Shown piece after piece: positions 42,380 through 52,203 of a DNA stretch of 64,000 nt. The stretch lies in the NCBI GenBank assembly GCA_016125085.1, contig WGMM01000029.1, positions 16,745 through 80,744 on the forward strand. The letters run 5' to 3'. Numbering within the stretch: position 1 is the stretch's first letter; each line of letters begins with the position of its first letter. A program made the translations under genes and the position numbers. This DNA comes from a bacterium (GTDB taxonomy: Bacteria > Planctomycetota > Planctomycetia > Isosphaerales > Isosphaeraceae). The notes under the pieces were generated by a model. That model worked only from the letters and a program-made list of their open reading frames with translations. It was not told the origin of the DNA and ran no database searches.

Positions 42380-43657
42380 TTATAAAGCCGTGAACATAAG
42401 AAACTGCGCTGCCCGCACGATCGCCCGCCGCTCCGATTCGCTGACGGCTCCGCCTCGGGCGGCCAGGTCGCGGATTTTGTCGAGCGTACGTTCGATCGTC
42501 GTTTTCTGCAGGCCGCCCAGCTTCAGGCCGCTTTCGGGCGAGCGGATCGCCTCGAGCACCGAGGCGATCACCGTCAGCTCCTCAGGGGCCGGTTCCGGCT
42601 CTTCTTTCCACGAGCCGGGATTCGCGTCGGACGCGGCGAGGGCTGCTGTTTCGCGGATCAGTTCGGCGATCTGGTGCAGCTTGTCGTAATCGATCGTCTC
42701 GGGCTTATCCTCCGGGGTGTGATAAACCTCGCTCTCGCCGGTGGAAAAGAACAGATAAGGAACCTTTTTGGTCATGAACGGGCCGTAATCGCTGCGGACA
42801 CCCACAAGATCCGTCCCCAGCAGCCCCGCACGGACCGACCTGTCGGCCGCCGCGGACGCGATCCATCGGCGCGACTGCGGCAGGCGTTCGCTCCCGATCA
42901 CGAAGACCCATTCCCGGCAGATGCCGGACAAGCTCCGGCCGATCATGTCGGCCGTCATGAACAGCCGGATCCGGTCCAACGGCACCGGCGAATTCGCGGC
43001 GAAATGGCGTGAGCCGAAAAGCCCGAATTCTTCGAGGTCGAACGCCACGAACAGCATGCTCCGCTTCGGCCGGTTCTCGGGCCTGGCGAACCAGGCCGCC
43101 GTTTCCAGCAGCATCGCCACGCCGCTGGCGTTGTCGTCGGCCCCGGAGAAAACGGTCGCTTTGCCGGCTTTCGTGCCGCCGCCATTGTCTTTTCCGGTAT
43201 CTGCCCTGGGCGCGGCCGTGCCCAGATGGTCCCAGTGGGCCGAAAGGATGATCCATTCTTCCTTCAGGGCCGGGTCCGATCCTTCCACCTTCGCGGCCAG
43301 ATTCGTGCCGATCGTTCTGCCTGAGGATGCCTGCACCACCGGCTGACGATACCCCTCGGCGAAACCGGGCTTCAGGCCGGCGGTCAGGAAGCTTTTCTCG
43401 ATGTATTCGATCGTCGGATTGGCCGTTCTGCCGCTGCGTCCGCCGAACGGATCGGAAGCCAGCGTGAAGACGTGCTTGCGGAGTCTCTCCGGCGAAAGAA
43501 CGTCGCGCGTGCCGGGTGCCGCATGCACCGGCTTGGCCTTGCACGCCAGATCCTGCCCCGTCGCCGGCAATGCGCATGCGGTCGAACAAGCCGCGAAGTA
43601 CAGGAAAATGCCTGAAATGCGGCGATATATGTCGAATGCCGATCGGTTGAAGTGCAT
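42380..43657 (-). CDS. M28-family metallopeptidase (aminopeptidase)
   Basis: The ORF has a signal peptide. Motifs: SAHWDHLG, GADDNASGVAMLLE, FVAFDLEEFGLFGSRHF. Confidence 0.85.
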   Translation of the reverse strand: MHFNRSAFDIYRRISGIFLYFAACSTACALPATGQDLACKAKPVHAAPGTRDVLSPERLRKHVFTLASDPFGGRSGRTANPTIEYIEKSFLTAGLKPGFAEGYRQPVVQASSGRTIGTNLAAKVEGSDPALKEEWIILSAHWDHLGTAAPRADTGKDNGGGTKAGKATVFSGADDNASGVAMLLETAAWFARPENRPKRSMLFVAFDLEEFGLFGSRHFAANSPVPLDRIRLFMTADMIGRSLSGICREWVFVIGSERLPQSRRWIASAAADRSVRAGLLGTDLVGVRSDYGPFMTKKVPYLFFSTGESEVYHTPEDKPETIDYDKLHQIAELIRETAALAASDANPGSWKEEPEPAPEELTVIASVLEAIRSPESGLKLGGLQKTTIERTLDKIRDLAARGGAVSESERRAIVRAAQFLMFTAL

Positions 43658-43856
43658 CGTGACGAGTCCTTTCGATTCGACCGCCCGGCCTGACCTTGCG
43701 ACCGGTGTGACCGTTACCGCCGGATCAACCCCAACGGCCAGTTGCGAGCGGTGCGAATTTCCTTACCGTGACCCTGCCGCCGCGCTCGATGAATCTCGTG
43801 AGGCGATGGATATTGCGCCCGAACCGAACGTGACTTTCGCATGGAGGTGGATTGAG

Positions 43857-44192
43857 ATGTTCACGACCCGTACCCGTGTCGGCCTGGCTGCCCTGGTGCT
43901 GATGAGCCTTTCCGGCATGGTGCAAGCCGCCGATTACGACAACTACATGCACTGGCCCTACGTGCCGCCCCAGGTGCCCGGCGCGGGTGCCAACTACCAG
44001 CAGCTCTACGACGGCTGGTACCTCTACCCCCGTGAGCAGCGTATCGTACCCCAAATTCAGGGGCCGCTCTACCGCAATTACTACGGCGGCAAGAAGGACG
44101 GCTGGTGGTTCGGCCGCAAGGACAACGAACACCGCGACTGGTCCAACAAGAAGTGGTACAAGGGCTACCACTTCTACCTGGACGTCTTCTGA
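43857..44192 (+). CDS. small secreted Tyr/Trp-rich hypothetical protein
   Basis: GGAGG lies 8 nt upstream of the ATG. The translation is MFTTRTRVGLAALVLMSLSGMVQA / ADYDNYMHWPYVPPQ...KKWYKGYHFYLDVF. Confidence 0.5.
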   Translation: MFTTRTRVGLAALVLMSLSGMVQAADYDNYMHWPYVPPQVPGAGANYQQLYDGWYLYPREQRIVPQIQGPLYRNYYGGKKDGWWFGRKDNEHRDWSNKKWYKGYHFYLDVF

Positions 44193-44216
44193 TCGAAGCC
44201 CCTTGCGGGCTTGATT
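44193..44216 (+). terminator. weak hairpin after the 43857..44192 CDS
   Basis: tcgAAGCCC-cttgc-GGGCTTga, followed by only two T residues. Confidence 0.3.
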
Positions 44217-44431
44217 CGGACACGCACCGGGGCGGTTCCTCGAACGAACCGCCCCGGCATTCTTTCGCGCATCCGGCATGGTTGCCGAATCGGCGAAATC
44301 GCCCGAAATCCAATCACTGGTGTCGATTCCGCACCCCTTTCGCTTGTAAGCCCCTTTTCCCCGCCCGTATATTGTTTTAGTGAGACTCTGCCGTCTCGCC
44401 ACGATCGATCCGGTCGATCGGTTCGCACGAA

Positions 44432-45532
44432 TTGGCCACACTTGCACCGAGAGAGCGACCACCACCGATGAACCGAGTGATGATCGATCCTGCCGCCGAT
44501 ACGCCCCGCGTCATCGTCGTCGAACGCCGTTCGCTCCTGTCCCAGTTCGGCGGTGTCTGGTTCGTGGCCCTGCCTCTCATCGCGGCTTATTTGATCTGCC
44601 GCGTCCCTTACGACGATTCCGAATCTTCGGCCGCCCAGCTTCACCTGGGTGACAATTCCTGGCAGCACGCCACCACGCCCGTCGCGAATCAGCCGCCGGC
44701 CGCCGACGCCGCCCGGCCGCATGTCGAGCCCGCGACGGCCATTACCGTCGCCGCCGAAAAATCGCCGGATTATGCACCGGTAGCGCCAGTGACGACCGCT
44801 GAAGCCCCCCGCCCTGCCCAGCCGGAAGAGCACGCCCCGCCTGCCGAACCGGCCGCCGAAAAGCTGCCGATGGGTGTGGTCGTGATCGAATCGCCCAAGG
44901 CCGGGGCCAACCCAGTCGCCGTTTTCGATCCCGAAGGCAAAGCTCTGCAAACGAACGAGCCCCACCAGGCCGAAAACCGCACCCTCGAAGCCGCCCTGAA
45001 ATTTGACGGCGGCCAGCCCACAGGCGACGAAACCCGCAAGGCTCTCGAAGAAATCAACGCCGCCGCCGAAAAGGCCCGGATCGATCGCGAACGGACCGAG
45101 TCGCTCAAGCCCCTCATCGAAATCCACGAAAAGGCCCAGACCGAAGCCCGCGAAGCCAAAAAGGCCGATGCCCAGCGCCGGCAGGCCGCCGCCACGCGTG
45201 AGGCATTCCTCGGTGGCATAGGCACGGTCCTGGCCTCCGACGCTTCCGTGCCCCAGCAGGGTCGCCAGATCGACCTGATGGTCCGGCGTGAGCTCGATGT
45301 CGTCGACTTCAGCCCCTTCCAGACCATTTTCAAAAAGCTCACGACCATGCGGGCCTCGCGCGCCAGCAAGCTCCGTTACCTGATCAACCAGAACGTGCCT
45401 GAATCGCTGATCCTGTCGTATCTCATCGAACTCGATTCGAAGGAGATCGGCAAAAACGGCGGCCCGCGCGACCGCGACCACGCGATCGTCCGCTCCGCCC
45501 AGCTGTTGCTCTCTAACGTCAAGGGCAACTGA
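44432..45532 (+). CDS. membrane-anchored Pro/Ala/Glu-rich hypothetical protein
   Basis: 366-aa ORF with one TM segment (GGVWFVALPLIAAYLIC). It has a low-complexity middle and a charged coiled-coil-like stretch. I recognise no family. Confidence 0.5.
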   Translation: MATLAPRERPPPMNRVMIDPAADTPRVIVVERRSLLSQFGGVWFVALPLIAAYLICRVPYDDSESSAAQLHLGDNSWQHATTPVANQPPAADAARPHVEPATAITVAAEKSPDYAPVAPVTTAEAPRPAQPEEHAPPAEPAAEKLPMGVVVIESPKAGANPVAVFDPEGKALQTNEPHQAENRTLEAALKFDGGQPTGDETRKALEEINAAAEKARIDRERTESLKPLIEIHEKAQTEAREAKKADAQRRQAAATREAFLGGIGTVLASDASVPQQGRQIDLMVRRELDVVDFSPFQTIFKKLTTMRASRASKLRYLINQNVPESLILSYLIELDSKEIGKNGGPRDRDHAIVRSAQLLLSNVKGN

Positions 45533-45601
45533 TTGGCCTGCGCCCCCTGCCGGTTCGCATGTTCATTTCGCCCGGCTTCGAATTCTCCCGGAATCGTTCG
45601 C

Positions 45602-47086
45602 ATGACATCCCTTTTCCTCGCCGTTTCCTTCGCGCTCGCCGCCGTGGCTCAGCAGCCTCCGCATCTGGCCCGTGAGGTCGAGTCGGGCCTGGAACTGATT
45701 CGCTCGGGCGATGCCCTGGCCGACTCCGGCAAAGTCAACGAAGCCCAGATCCGCTACCACGAGGCCATGGAACGCATCCTGCCTTCCGTGAGGGGCCTGG
45801 CCCTGAAGCACCCTGTCAAGCGTGACGAAACGCCCAGGGAACAGCTCGGCAAAGTGCTCGTCGACGAGTGGGAACAAGATGTCAGCCCCGAGAAATTCCG
45901 CCGCGACGACGCCACGTGGAAAACCCTCGGCCTGATCCCGCCCGAATTCGACCTCAAGGGGGCTTACGTCAAGCTGCTGACCGAAGAAGTCGCCGCCTTT
46001 TACGACCCCAAGACCAAAACCATGCACCTGATCCGCGAGCCGGAAGATGAACCGGCCGCCGACGGCAAGGATAAACCCCTCACCAAAAAAGACGACAAGC
46101 CCCCCACCCTGCTCGAACTGATCATGGGCCCCCAGCCCAAGTTCGATAAGGACGGCGCCCGCATCGTCATCGCCCACGAGCTGACTCACGCCTTGGGCGA
46201 CCAGCACTTTGACCTGGACGCCATGCTCGACGCCGTGAAGGTGGACGACGACGCCGCTCTCGCCCTCTCAGCCCTTATCGAAGGCGACGCCACCCTGACC
46301 ATGATGGCCGTCGCTCAGCAGGACTGGACCGGTACCCAGATCGTCGCCATGCCCGCCCAGGGCCTTTCCCGGCTCGTTCGCTGGTTCGGTACGTTTCTGC
46401 CCATGATGGGCGGCACCACGGCCCGCAACTCGCCACCGGTCATGTATCAGTCTCTGCTGTTCCCCTACGTCAACGGCCTGGTCTTCTGCGCCCACCTCAC
46501 CAACGCCGGCGGCTGGCCCGCTCTCGACGCCGCTTACAAGAACCCGCCCCTCTCGACCGAGCAGATCCTCCATCCCGAAAAATACGCCGGCCCCGAAGCC
46601 GACCCGCCCACGGCCATCGACCTGGGCGAAATCCGCACCCCCGAAGGCTGGGCAGACCTGGGCCGCAACTGCATCGGCGAGCTGACGATTCGCATCATGC
46701 TCGCCCGCCAAGGCGGCAATCAGGCCGCCGCGGGCTGGGACGGCGACACCCTCGCCGTCTTCGCCGGCAAGGACGACCCGAAACGCCTGGGCATGGTCTG
46801 GCTGAGCACCTGGGACACCGAAGCCGACGCCGACCAGTTCGCCGACGCTCTCCAGAAATACTGGATGCCGACGGACGAGCCCGCTGCCTTGGTTCAGCAG
46901 GGAGCCGCCCCGACGACCCGCACCATCACCGGCGGCTTCGTTACGACGACTGGCAAGGACGTCCTGGTCGTCCGCGGCTTCGATGGCCCTGTGGCCAAAG
47001 CGGTCGCGGAAGACGTGATGAAGAATCACAAGAAGCGGGAAAAGACGTTCCCGAAAGCCAATCCGCCGAGACCTGTCGGGGCGTGA
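45602..47086 (+). CDS. secreted putative zinc metalloprotease (HExxH)
   Basis: The signal peptide is MTSLFLAVSFALAAVAQQ. The motif IAHELTHALGDQHF has ALIEGDATL downstream, which is a gluzincin-like arrangement. Confidence 0.6.
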   Translation: MTSLFLAVSFALAAVAQQPPHLAREVESGLELIRSGDALADSGKVNEAQIRYHEAMERILPSVRGLALKHPVKRDETPREQLGKVLVDEWEQDVSPEKFRRDDATWKTLGLIPPEFDLKGAYVKLLTEEVAAFYDPKTKTMHLIREPEDEPAADGKDKPLTKKDDKPPTLLELIMGPQPKFDKDGARIVIAHELTHALGDQHFDLDAMLDAVKVDDDAALALSALIEGDATLTMMAVAQQDWTGTQIVAMPAQGLSRLVRWFGTFLPMMGGTTARNSPPVMYQSLLFPYVNGLVFCAHLTNAGGWPALDAAYKNPPLSTEQILHPEKYAGPEADPPTAIDLGEIRTPEGWADLGRNCIGELTIRIMLARQGGNQAAAGWDGDTLAVFAGKDDPKRLGMVWLSTWDTEADADQFADALQKYWMPTDEPAALVQQGAAPTTRTITGGFVTTTGKDVLVVRGFDGPVAKAVAEDVMKNHKKREKTFPKANPPRPVGA

Positions 47087-47104
47087 TACTGTCGCCCGAA
47101 GCGA

Positions 47105-47638
47105 ATGGGGAACCTGCGAAAGAACGACATGGCCCATTCGAATCGATCGCAACGGATTCGGTCTTTGGCGATCGGTTTCGCCGTGTGTTCCTGTATCGCA
47201 TGCAGTTCGCCGGCCCTTTTCCGAAACGTCGGCGCGCTGGTCGTCGCGGCGGCGATTCCTCTGGCCGTGGGCCTTTTGGGCCTGAGGCGGCTGGCCCATT
47301 ACGATTGGCTTCGAGCATCGCTCGCGGGAGCGTCCGTCGGGCTGGTTCTCATCTTCGCGTATGCGTTCAGTCCGCCGGTTCTCGAACGCATCGGGCATGA
47401 ATTCGGCTGGCCGGGACGGTCTTTACGCATGTGGGAGAATTTCACTGCACCGGTTTATAATGACTGTTGCCGCGAACCCTGGTTCTGGCGGGTTTTCGAA
47501 ATCTGGGACACCTGGACTGCCATGATTTTCGAACGGGCCCGATTTTCCGTCAGACGAATTCCTGTCGTACAGATTTCGATTCTCGGGGTTTTGTCGCTCG
47601 GATTTCGATATTTGCGTTCGACCGGGAAGAAGCCGTGA
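47105..47638 (+). CDS. hypothetical membrane protein
   Basis: 177-aa ORF with several hydrophobic segments. I recognise no family. Confidence 0.4.
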   Translation: MGNLRKNDMAHSNRSQRIRSLAIGFAVCSCIACSSPALFRNVGALVVAAAIPLAVGLLGLRRLAHYDWLRASLAGASVGLVLIFAYAFSPPVLERIGHEFGWPGRSLRMWENFTAPVYNDCCREPWFWRVFEIWDTWTAMIFERARFSVRRIPVVQISILGVLSLGFRYLRSTGKKP

Positions 47639-47732
47639 ATGAGCTGCGGATTTCTCTGTTCATCGCTTGCGAAGATCGTAAAATGCAATAATCATCGGCT
47701 CACTGCGGTCCGGAACCGGAGATCACCTGCCT

Positions 47733-48017
47733 TTGCCATTGCTCAAACAAGCCACATGCATTCGCTACGAATACGCGGACCGTTCGGAGTCCTGCTGGCT
47801 GCCGGCGGGTTCTGACTCTCCCTCGCCCACGCCGACCCGCCGTATTACGCTCGATGTGACGATCGAATACGAACCCGGCGACGGTTTCATTCTGGCTTAT
47901 TCCGCACGCGAAGATCCGACATTCGCCTACGACGACTGGTTCGGCAGCCTTTCAGCCGCCGAAGCCGCCGCCGAGGAAATGTTCGGAATCGGGCCGGATC
48001 GATGGGATAAAGCCTGA
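47733..48017 (+). CDS. small hypothetical protein
   Basis: 94-aa ORF with ordinary composition. I recognise no family. Confidence 0.3.
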   Translation: MPLLKQATCIRYEYADRSESCWLPAGSDSPSPTPTRRITLDVTIEYEPGDGFILAYSAREDPTFAYDDWFGSLSAAEAAAEEMFGIGPDRWDKA

Positions 48018-48159
48018 AGATCCCGTCTGCCGTCCATTCCGTTTGCCGGCTCGGTGGTGTCATTGGCTTGCGCTTCGCTGCGCCCTTCGAATGCCACATG
48101 CCAGTCGATATCGGGTGACTCTGAAGGGGTGCGTGCCTGACCTCGTGGAGCGATGGGCC

Positions 48160-49821
48160 ATGACGAACGATCCGAAATCGAATCCTGTCCATTATCCGCC
48201 CGACCGCCGCCTGCGAGTTCGTATTCGGACATCGTATTTATGCATGATTCTCGCTCTGGCCGCTCTTCCGGTCGCAATGGCCTGGGTGCAATATCTCGTT
48301 GCAGGTCTGCCTGAGATCGGTAACCTGCCGAAATTGCCGGACGAAGCGACCCGGGCTCACCATTTTCCCGGCTGGCTCCGTCTCACGCATTACGTGAATT
48401 TCATTTTTCTCGTCCTGCTCGCTCGCAGCGGTCTTTCGATATTGATGGATCATCCTCGTCTCTATTTCGACGTTCACTGCACGCCCGGCAGCGACTGGGC
48501 GAAATTCACTCCGATCGAAGTGCCGGCGGATCGTGTCTGGACTGCCAAGGACGATGCCCGCTACATCTCGCCCTGGCTGGCACTGCCGGGTTATCGTCAC
48601 ACCGTCGGCGTCGCCCGGCACTGGCACCTGCCCGGAGCCTTGATCTGGTTTCTCAACGGCGTCATCTTCGTGACGCTCATGTTCGGCACCACGGAATGGA
48701 AACGTCTGGTGCCGACATCATGGGCCGTTGTGGCTGAAGCCTGGGCGATCTTCGTTCACTATGCGACCCTGCGCCTGCCGCCTGAACCCGACCCGCTCAT
48801 CCGCTACAACGCGCTGCAGCAACTGAGCTACTTCACGGTCGTTTTCGTCATGGCGCCACTTTCGGCCCTGACCGGACTGGCGATGTCACCTTCGATCGAT
48901 AACCGGTTCCGCTGGTATCCGCGACTTTTCGGCGGAAGGCAATCGGCCCGCTCACTGCATTTCCTGCTGCTTGTGGGATATGTCGCGTTTCTGATGATGC
49001 ATGTGACGATGGTGTTCGTCAACGACCCAGTCCGCAACTTCAACGGCATCGTATTCGGCAATGACAGTGAGCGTCTTCTCGGGCTGATCTGCGGCCTTGG
49101 CGCGATTTCGGCGATCGTACCCATCTGCATGGTCGCTCACTGGTTGTCGTGGAATCGGCCTCGTCAATTGCAATATGCCGCCGGGTCGGTTCACGCAGTG
49201 CTGCGCTGGCTGACGTTCCGCCTCTGGAAGCCCTGCGTTCGATATGCGGAAGATGACATTTCGCCGTTTTTCTGGCCTAACGGCAAAATCCCTGTTTCGG
49301 AGGAGTGGACGACACTCGCCGCCGGGAACTTCGCGGATTATCGACTCAAAATTGGCGGCCTCGTCGATAACCCGGTCGAGCTTTCGCTGGACGATTTGAA
49401 ATCGCTCGGCCGTCAGGAACAGATCACCATGCATCATTGCATCCAGGGCTGGTCAGGCATCGCGCATTGGGCCGGTGTGCCCTTGGAAAGGCTTGTCGAA
49501 CTCGTCAAACCCCAGCAGGACGCCAAGGTCGTCGTGTTCCGATCCTTCGGCGAAGGTCTCTATGGTGGCGAATATTACGATACCCAGCCCATGGATATCG
49601 CATTGCAGTCAGAGACTCTCCTGGCTTGGGAAATGAATTTCCAACCATTGCCCCAGCTCTACGGAGCACCGCTGCGGCTGCGTGTGGAGAGCCAGCTCGG
49701 TTACAAGATGGTGAAGTGGATCAGGGCCATCGATTTCGTCGACAGCGAAAAGTCGATCGGCAAAGGTCATGGCGGCAAGAATGAGGACGACGAATATTTC
49801 GACCTGATACCTGAAATTTAA
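48160..49821 (+). CDS. fusion of b-type cytochrome membrane domain and molybdopterin-dependent oxidoreductase (MsrQ-MsrP-like)
   Basis: The N-terminal multi-TM domain has conserved His residues (HHFPGWLRLTHYVNF, ARHWH, SLHFLLLVGYVAFLMMH). The C-terminal part is ITMHHCIQGWSGIAHWAGVPL...YGAPLRLRVESQLGYKMVKWI, a sulfite-oxidase-family Moco domain. Confidence 0.8.
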   Translation: MTNDPKSNPVHYPPDRRLRVRIRTSYLCMILALAALPVAMAWVQYLVAGLPEIGNLPKLPDEATRAHHFPGWLRLTHYVNFIFLVLLARSGLSILMDHPRLYFDVHCTPGSDWAKFTPIEVPADRVWTAKDDARYISPWLALPGYRHTVGVARHWHLPGALIWFLNGVIFVTLMFGTTEWKRLVPTSWAVVAEAWAIFVHYATLRLPPEPDPLIRYNALQQLSYFTVVFVMAPLSALTGLAMSPSIDNRFRWYPRLFGGRQSARSLHFLLLVGYVAFLMMHVTMVFVNDPVRNFNGIVFGNDSERLLGLICGLGAISAIVPICMVAHWLSWNRPRQLQYAAGSVHAVLRWLTFRLWKPCVRYAEDDISPFFWPNGKIPVSEEWTTLAAGNFADYRLKIGGLVDNPVELSLDDLKSLGRQEQITMHHCIQGWSGIAHWAGVPLERLVELVKPQQDAKVVVFRSFGEGLYGGEYYDTQPMDIALQSETLLAWEMNFQPLPQLYGAPLRLRVESQLGYKMVKWIRAIDFVDSEKSIGKGHGGKNEDDEYFDLIPEI

Positions 49822-49835
49822 GGCCGCCAGCCTGG

Positions 49836-49856
49836 CCAGAGGTGCCTCGGCTTTTT
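49836..49856 (+). terminator. putative intrinsic terminator
   Basis: CCaGAGG-tg-CCTCGG is followed by CTTTTT, 15 nt after the stop at 49821. Confidence 0.45.
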
Positions 49857-49969
49857 CCCGACTTTTCGTCTATACGGGATCATGCACAATACGGGTGCAG
49901 CGCGTAGAAAAACGCGGGGCGTCCTGATAACGGAATCCCCGCGTCTTCGCATGATTCGAAACCGATCGA

Positions 49970-51910
49970 TCAATCGCCGGCTGCGGCTTCGGCCTTCTTC
50001 GGTTCAGGCGATTCCGACTTCTTCGCCTTCGCTTCCTCTTCGGTCAGAATCGGGCGGCGCGAAGGCTTGCGGGGGAACTTCCCATCCATGTTGGCGGCGT
50101 TCCAGATCATGGCGGCCATGATCGTCGAGGCCTGCTTCAGGTCGTCGGCCTGAAGGCGGTCGTAAACGTCCATGTTCGAGTGGTGCGTGCGCGGGTCATA
50201 TTCGATTTCGTCCTGAATGAATTGAAACCCGGGCAGGCCGATGCCGTCGAACGACAGGTGGTCGGTGCCGCTGGTGTTCGAGGCCGTGATCGTATTGGCC
50301 TGAAGGTCGACGAACGGCTGCAGCCACTTGCGGAAAACGGGCCGGGCGGCCTCGTTGCCCTGCAGATAGACGCCCCGGATCTTGCCCGTGCCGTTGTCCA
50401 GGTTGAAATAGACCTGGAATTTGTCGTATTCGCCGGTCTTGACGATCGGGGCCGTGGGCGCGGCCGTCGGGCCGAAGAAGCTGTCGGTCGCCCCTTCGAT
50501 CGCTCCGAAGTGCTTCTTGACGTATTGCCGCGAGCCGTGCAGGCCCTGCTCTTCGCCCGACCAGAGGGCGATGCGGATCGTCCGCCGCGGCTTCAGGCCC
50601 AGGGCCTTGATGATCCGCACGGCTTCCATACCCACGGCACAGCCAGCGGCGTTGTCGGTGGCGCCGGTACCGCCGTGCCAGCTGTCCATGTGGCCGCCCA
50701 GCATCACCACTTCGTCTTTCAGGTCGGTGCCGGGGATTTCGGCCACGGTGTTGTAGCCCATCATATCCTTGTCCTGCACTTCGACGGCGATTTCGAATTC
50801 GGCCTTCACCTTTTCGCCGGCCTTCACCATGTGAGCCAGACGATTGAAATGCTCGACCGTCACGACGACCTGCGGCAGAGTCTTCGGGGCGTCCTTGTCA
50901 TGGGCGTTCTTGCGGGCCGGCATACGCGGCTGGCCTTCGCCGCCGGCACTGGTCGATTCCGGCTGAGCCGGCTGGGGCACGCTGGCCGATTGCACGAAGA
51001 ATGTGCCGCCGTCGCCCTTGAAGCTGGTTTCGACCATCACGGCCGCGCCTTCTTCGATCAGGAATTGCAACCGCTTCGAAGTGAAATTGCCCTGATTCCG
51101 CACGCGGTTAATGACATCGTTCGCCTTGGCCTTGGCTTCGTCCTTGCCGGGCTCGCCCTTCTTGACTTCGTCCTTCTTCGATTCATCCTTGCGGGCGGCC
51201 TTGCCCTGGGGGAATCCGCCGCGGCCGCCGCCGCCAGGCGTGGGCTCAGGTGCGTTGGCCAGTGCCAGCAGTTCTTCAGGCGTCTTGCGGTGGCCGGGGG
51301 CTTCGAACAGGGCTTTCACGTCACGCGGGCTGCCGATCAGCACGATCGCGCCCTTGAGCTTGCCCTTGAATTCTTCCAGGCCTTTTTCGTCGGTGGCCGT
51401 CAGGTGCACGACGGGCCCGGAAACCTTGCCGCCGGTGCCGGGCGACCAGGCTTTCGGCAGGCCGATCAGCGGGATGCAGACCGGTTCGGTGACCTGGGCC
51501 GAGAAGCTCTTGAGCGTCCAGCCGGTGCCGAACGGGCCCCAGGCTTCCAGGGCGGCGTTCTCCAGGCCGAATTCGGTCAGTTTTTTGGCCGTCCACTCGT
51601 TGGCGCGCTTCATGCCCGGCGAGTTCGTCAGCCGCGGGCCGATGACTTCCGTCAGATAGAGAACCGTGTCCATCACCTTGGACTTGTTCAGGCCTTCTTC
51701 GCGGATCTTGGCGATCGTCTCGTCAGCTGCCTTGGCCGGCGCAGTGCCCTTTTCCTGCAGGATCTCCAGGCCTGAGCCCGGGATTTCCGCATGGCCGTGG
51801 CCATCGTGCGGATCGTCGTGGTTCTGGGCGTTGGAATAGCTCAAAATGAAGAAGCTGGCCGCGAGGCCCAGGGCGATGCCGCCGGCTCGCCCGAAAATAC
51901 GTGAAATCAT
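49970..51910 (-). CDS. M28-family metallopeptidase with PA domain
   Basis: The ORF has a signal peptide. Motifs: MLGGHMDSWHGGTGATDNAAGCAVGMEA, IALWSGEEQGLHGSRQY, HHSNMDVYD. Confidence 0.85.
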   Translation of the reverse strand: MISRIFGRAGGIALGLAASFFILSYSNAQNHDDPHDGHGHAEIPGSGLEILQEKGTAPAKAADETIAKIREEGLNKSKVMDTVLYLTEVIGPRLTNSPGMKRANEWTAKKLTEFGLENAALEAWGPFGTGWTLKSFSAQVTEPVCIPLIGLPKAWSPGTGGKVSGPVVHLTATDEKGLEEFKGKLKGAIVLIGSPRDVKALFEAPGHRKTPEELLALANAPEPTPGGGGRGGFPQGKAARKDESKKDEVKKGEPGKDEAKAKANDVINRVRNQGNFTSKRLQFLIEEGAAVMVETSFKGDGGTFFVQSASVPQPAQPESTSAGGEGQPRMPARKNAHDKDAPKTLPQVVVTVEHFNRLAHMVKAGEKVKAEFEIAVEVQDKDMMGYNTVAEIPGTDLKDEVVMLGGHMDSWHGGTGATDNAAGCAVGMEAVRIIKALGLKPRRTIRIALWSGEEQGLHGSRQYVKKHFGAIEGATDSFFGPTAAPTAPIVKTGEYDKFQVYFNLDNGTGKIRGVYLQGNEAARPVFRKWLQPFVDLQANTITASNTSGTDHLSFDGIGLPGFQFIQDEIEYDPRTHHSNMDVYDRLQADDLKQASTIMAAMIWNAANMDGKFPRKPSRRPILTEEEAKAKKSESPEPKKAEAAAGD

Positions 51911-52203
51911 GGATCGAATGCCCCCAGAATCGCGCCGCCGGTCAAGGCACGGGTGTCGATGAATCAGGATGTGTCGCGTCGTTCGATCGTCCGGTCGGAG
52001 TTCGTGTGATCAGCATACCGAGATGTGCCCGGGAATTCATCGAATTTTCTTCGTTCGGTTTCGATTCGAAGGGTGAATATTCCGAATTTCCGCCTTCCCG
52101 GTCGCTCCGGTCCGGACGGCTTCGGAAAGTCCAGGGCCTGACGTCCAGCGATAGGTCAATCCGCGAGTGAATCAGGCGAACGAAATGCCAAAGACGATTC
52201 CGT

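Noticed and set aside
44174-45481. 435-aa minus ORF. The same reasoning applies to 50180..51775 +, 17198..18418 -, 58820..59881 +, 37161..38066 + and 30250..31428 -.
   Set aside because: These are antisense to well-supported genes and show the typical high-GC shadow-ORF composition. None has a recognisable motif.
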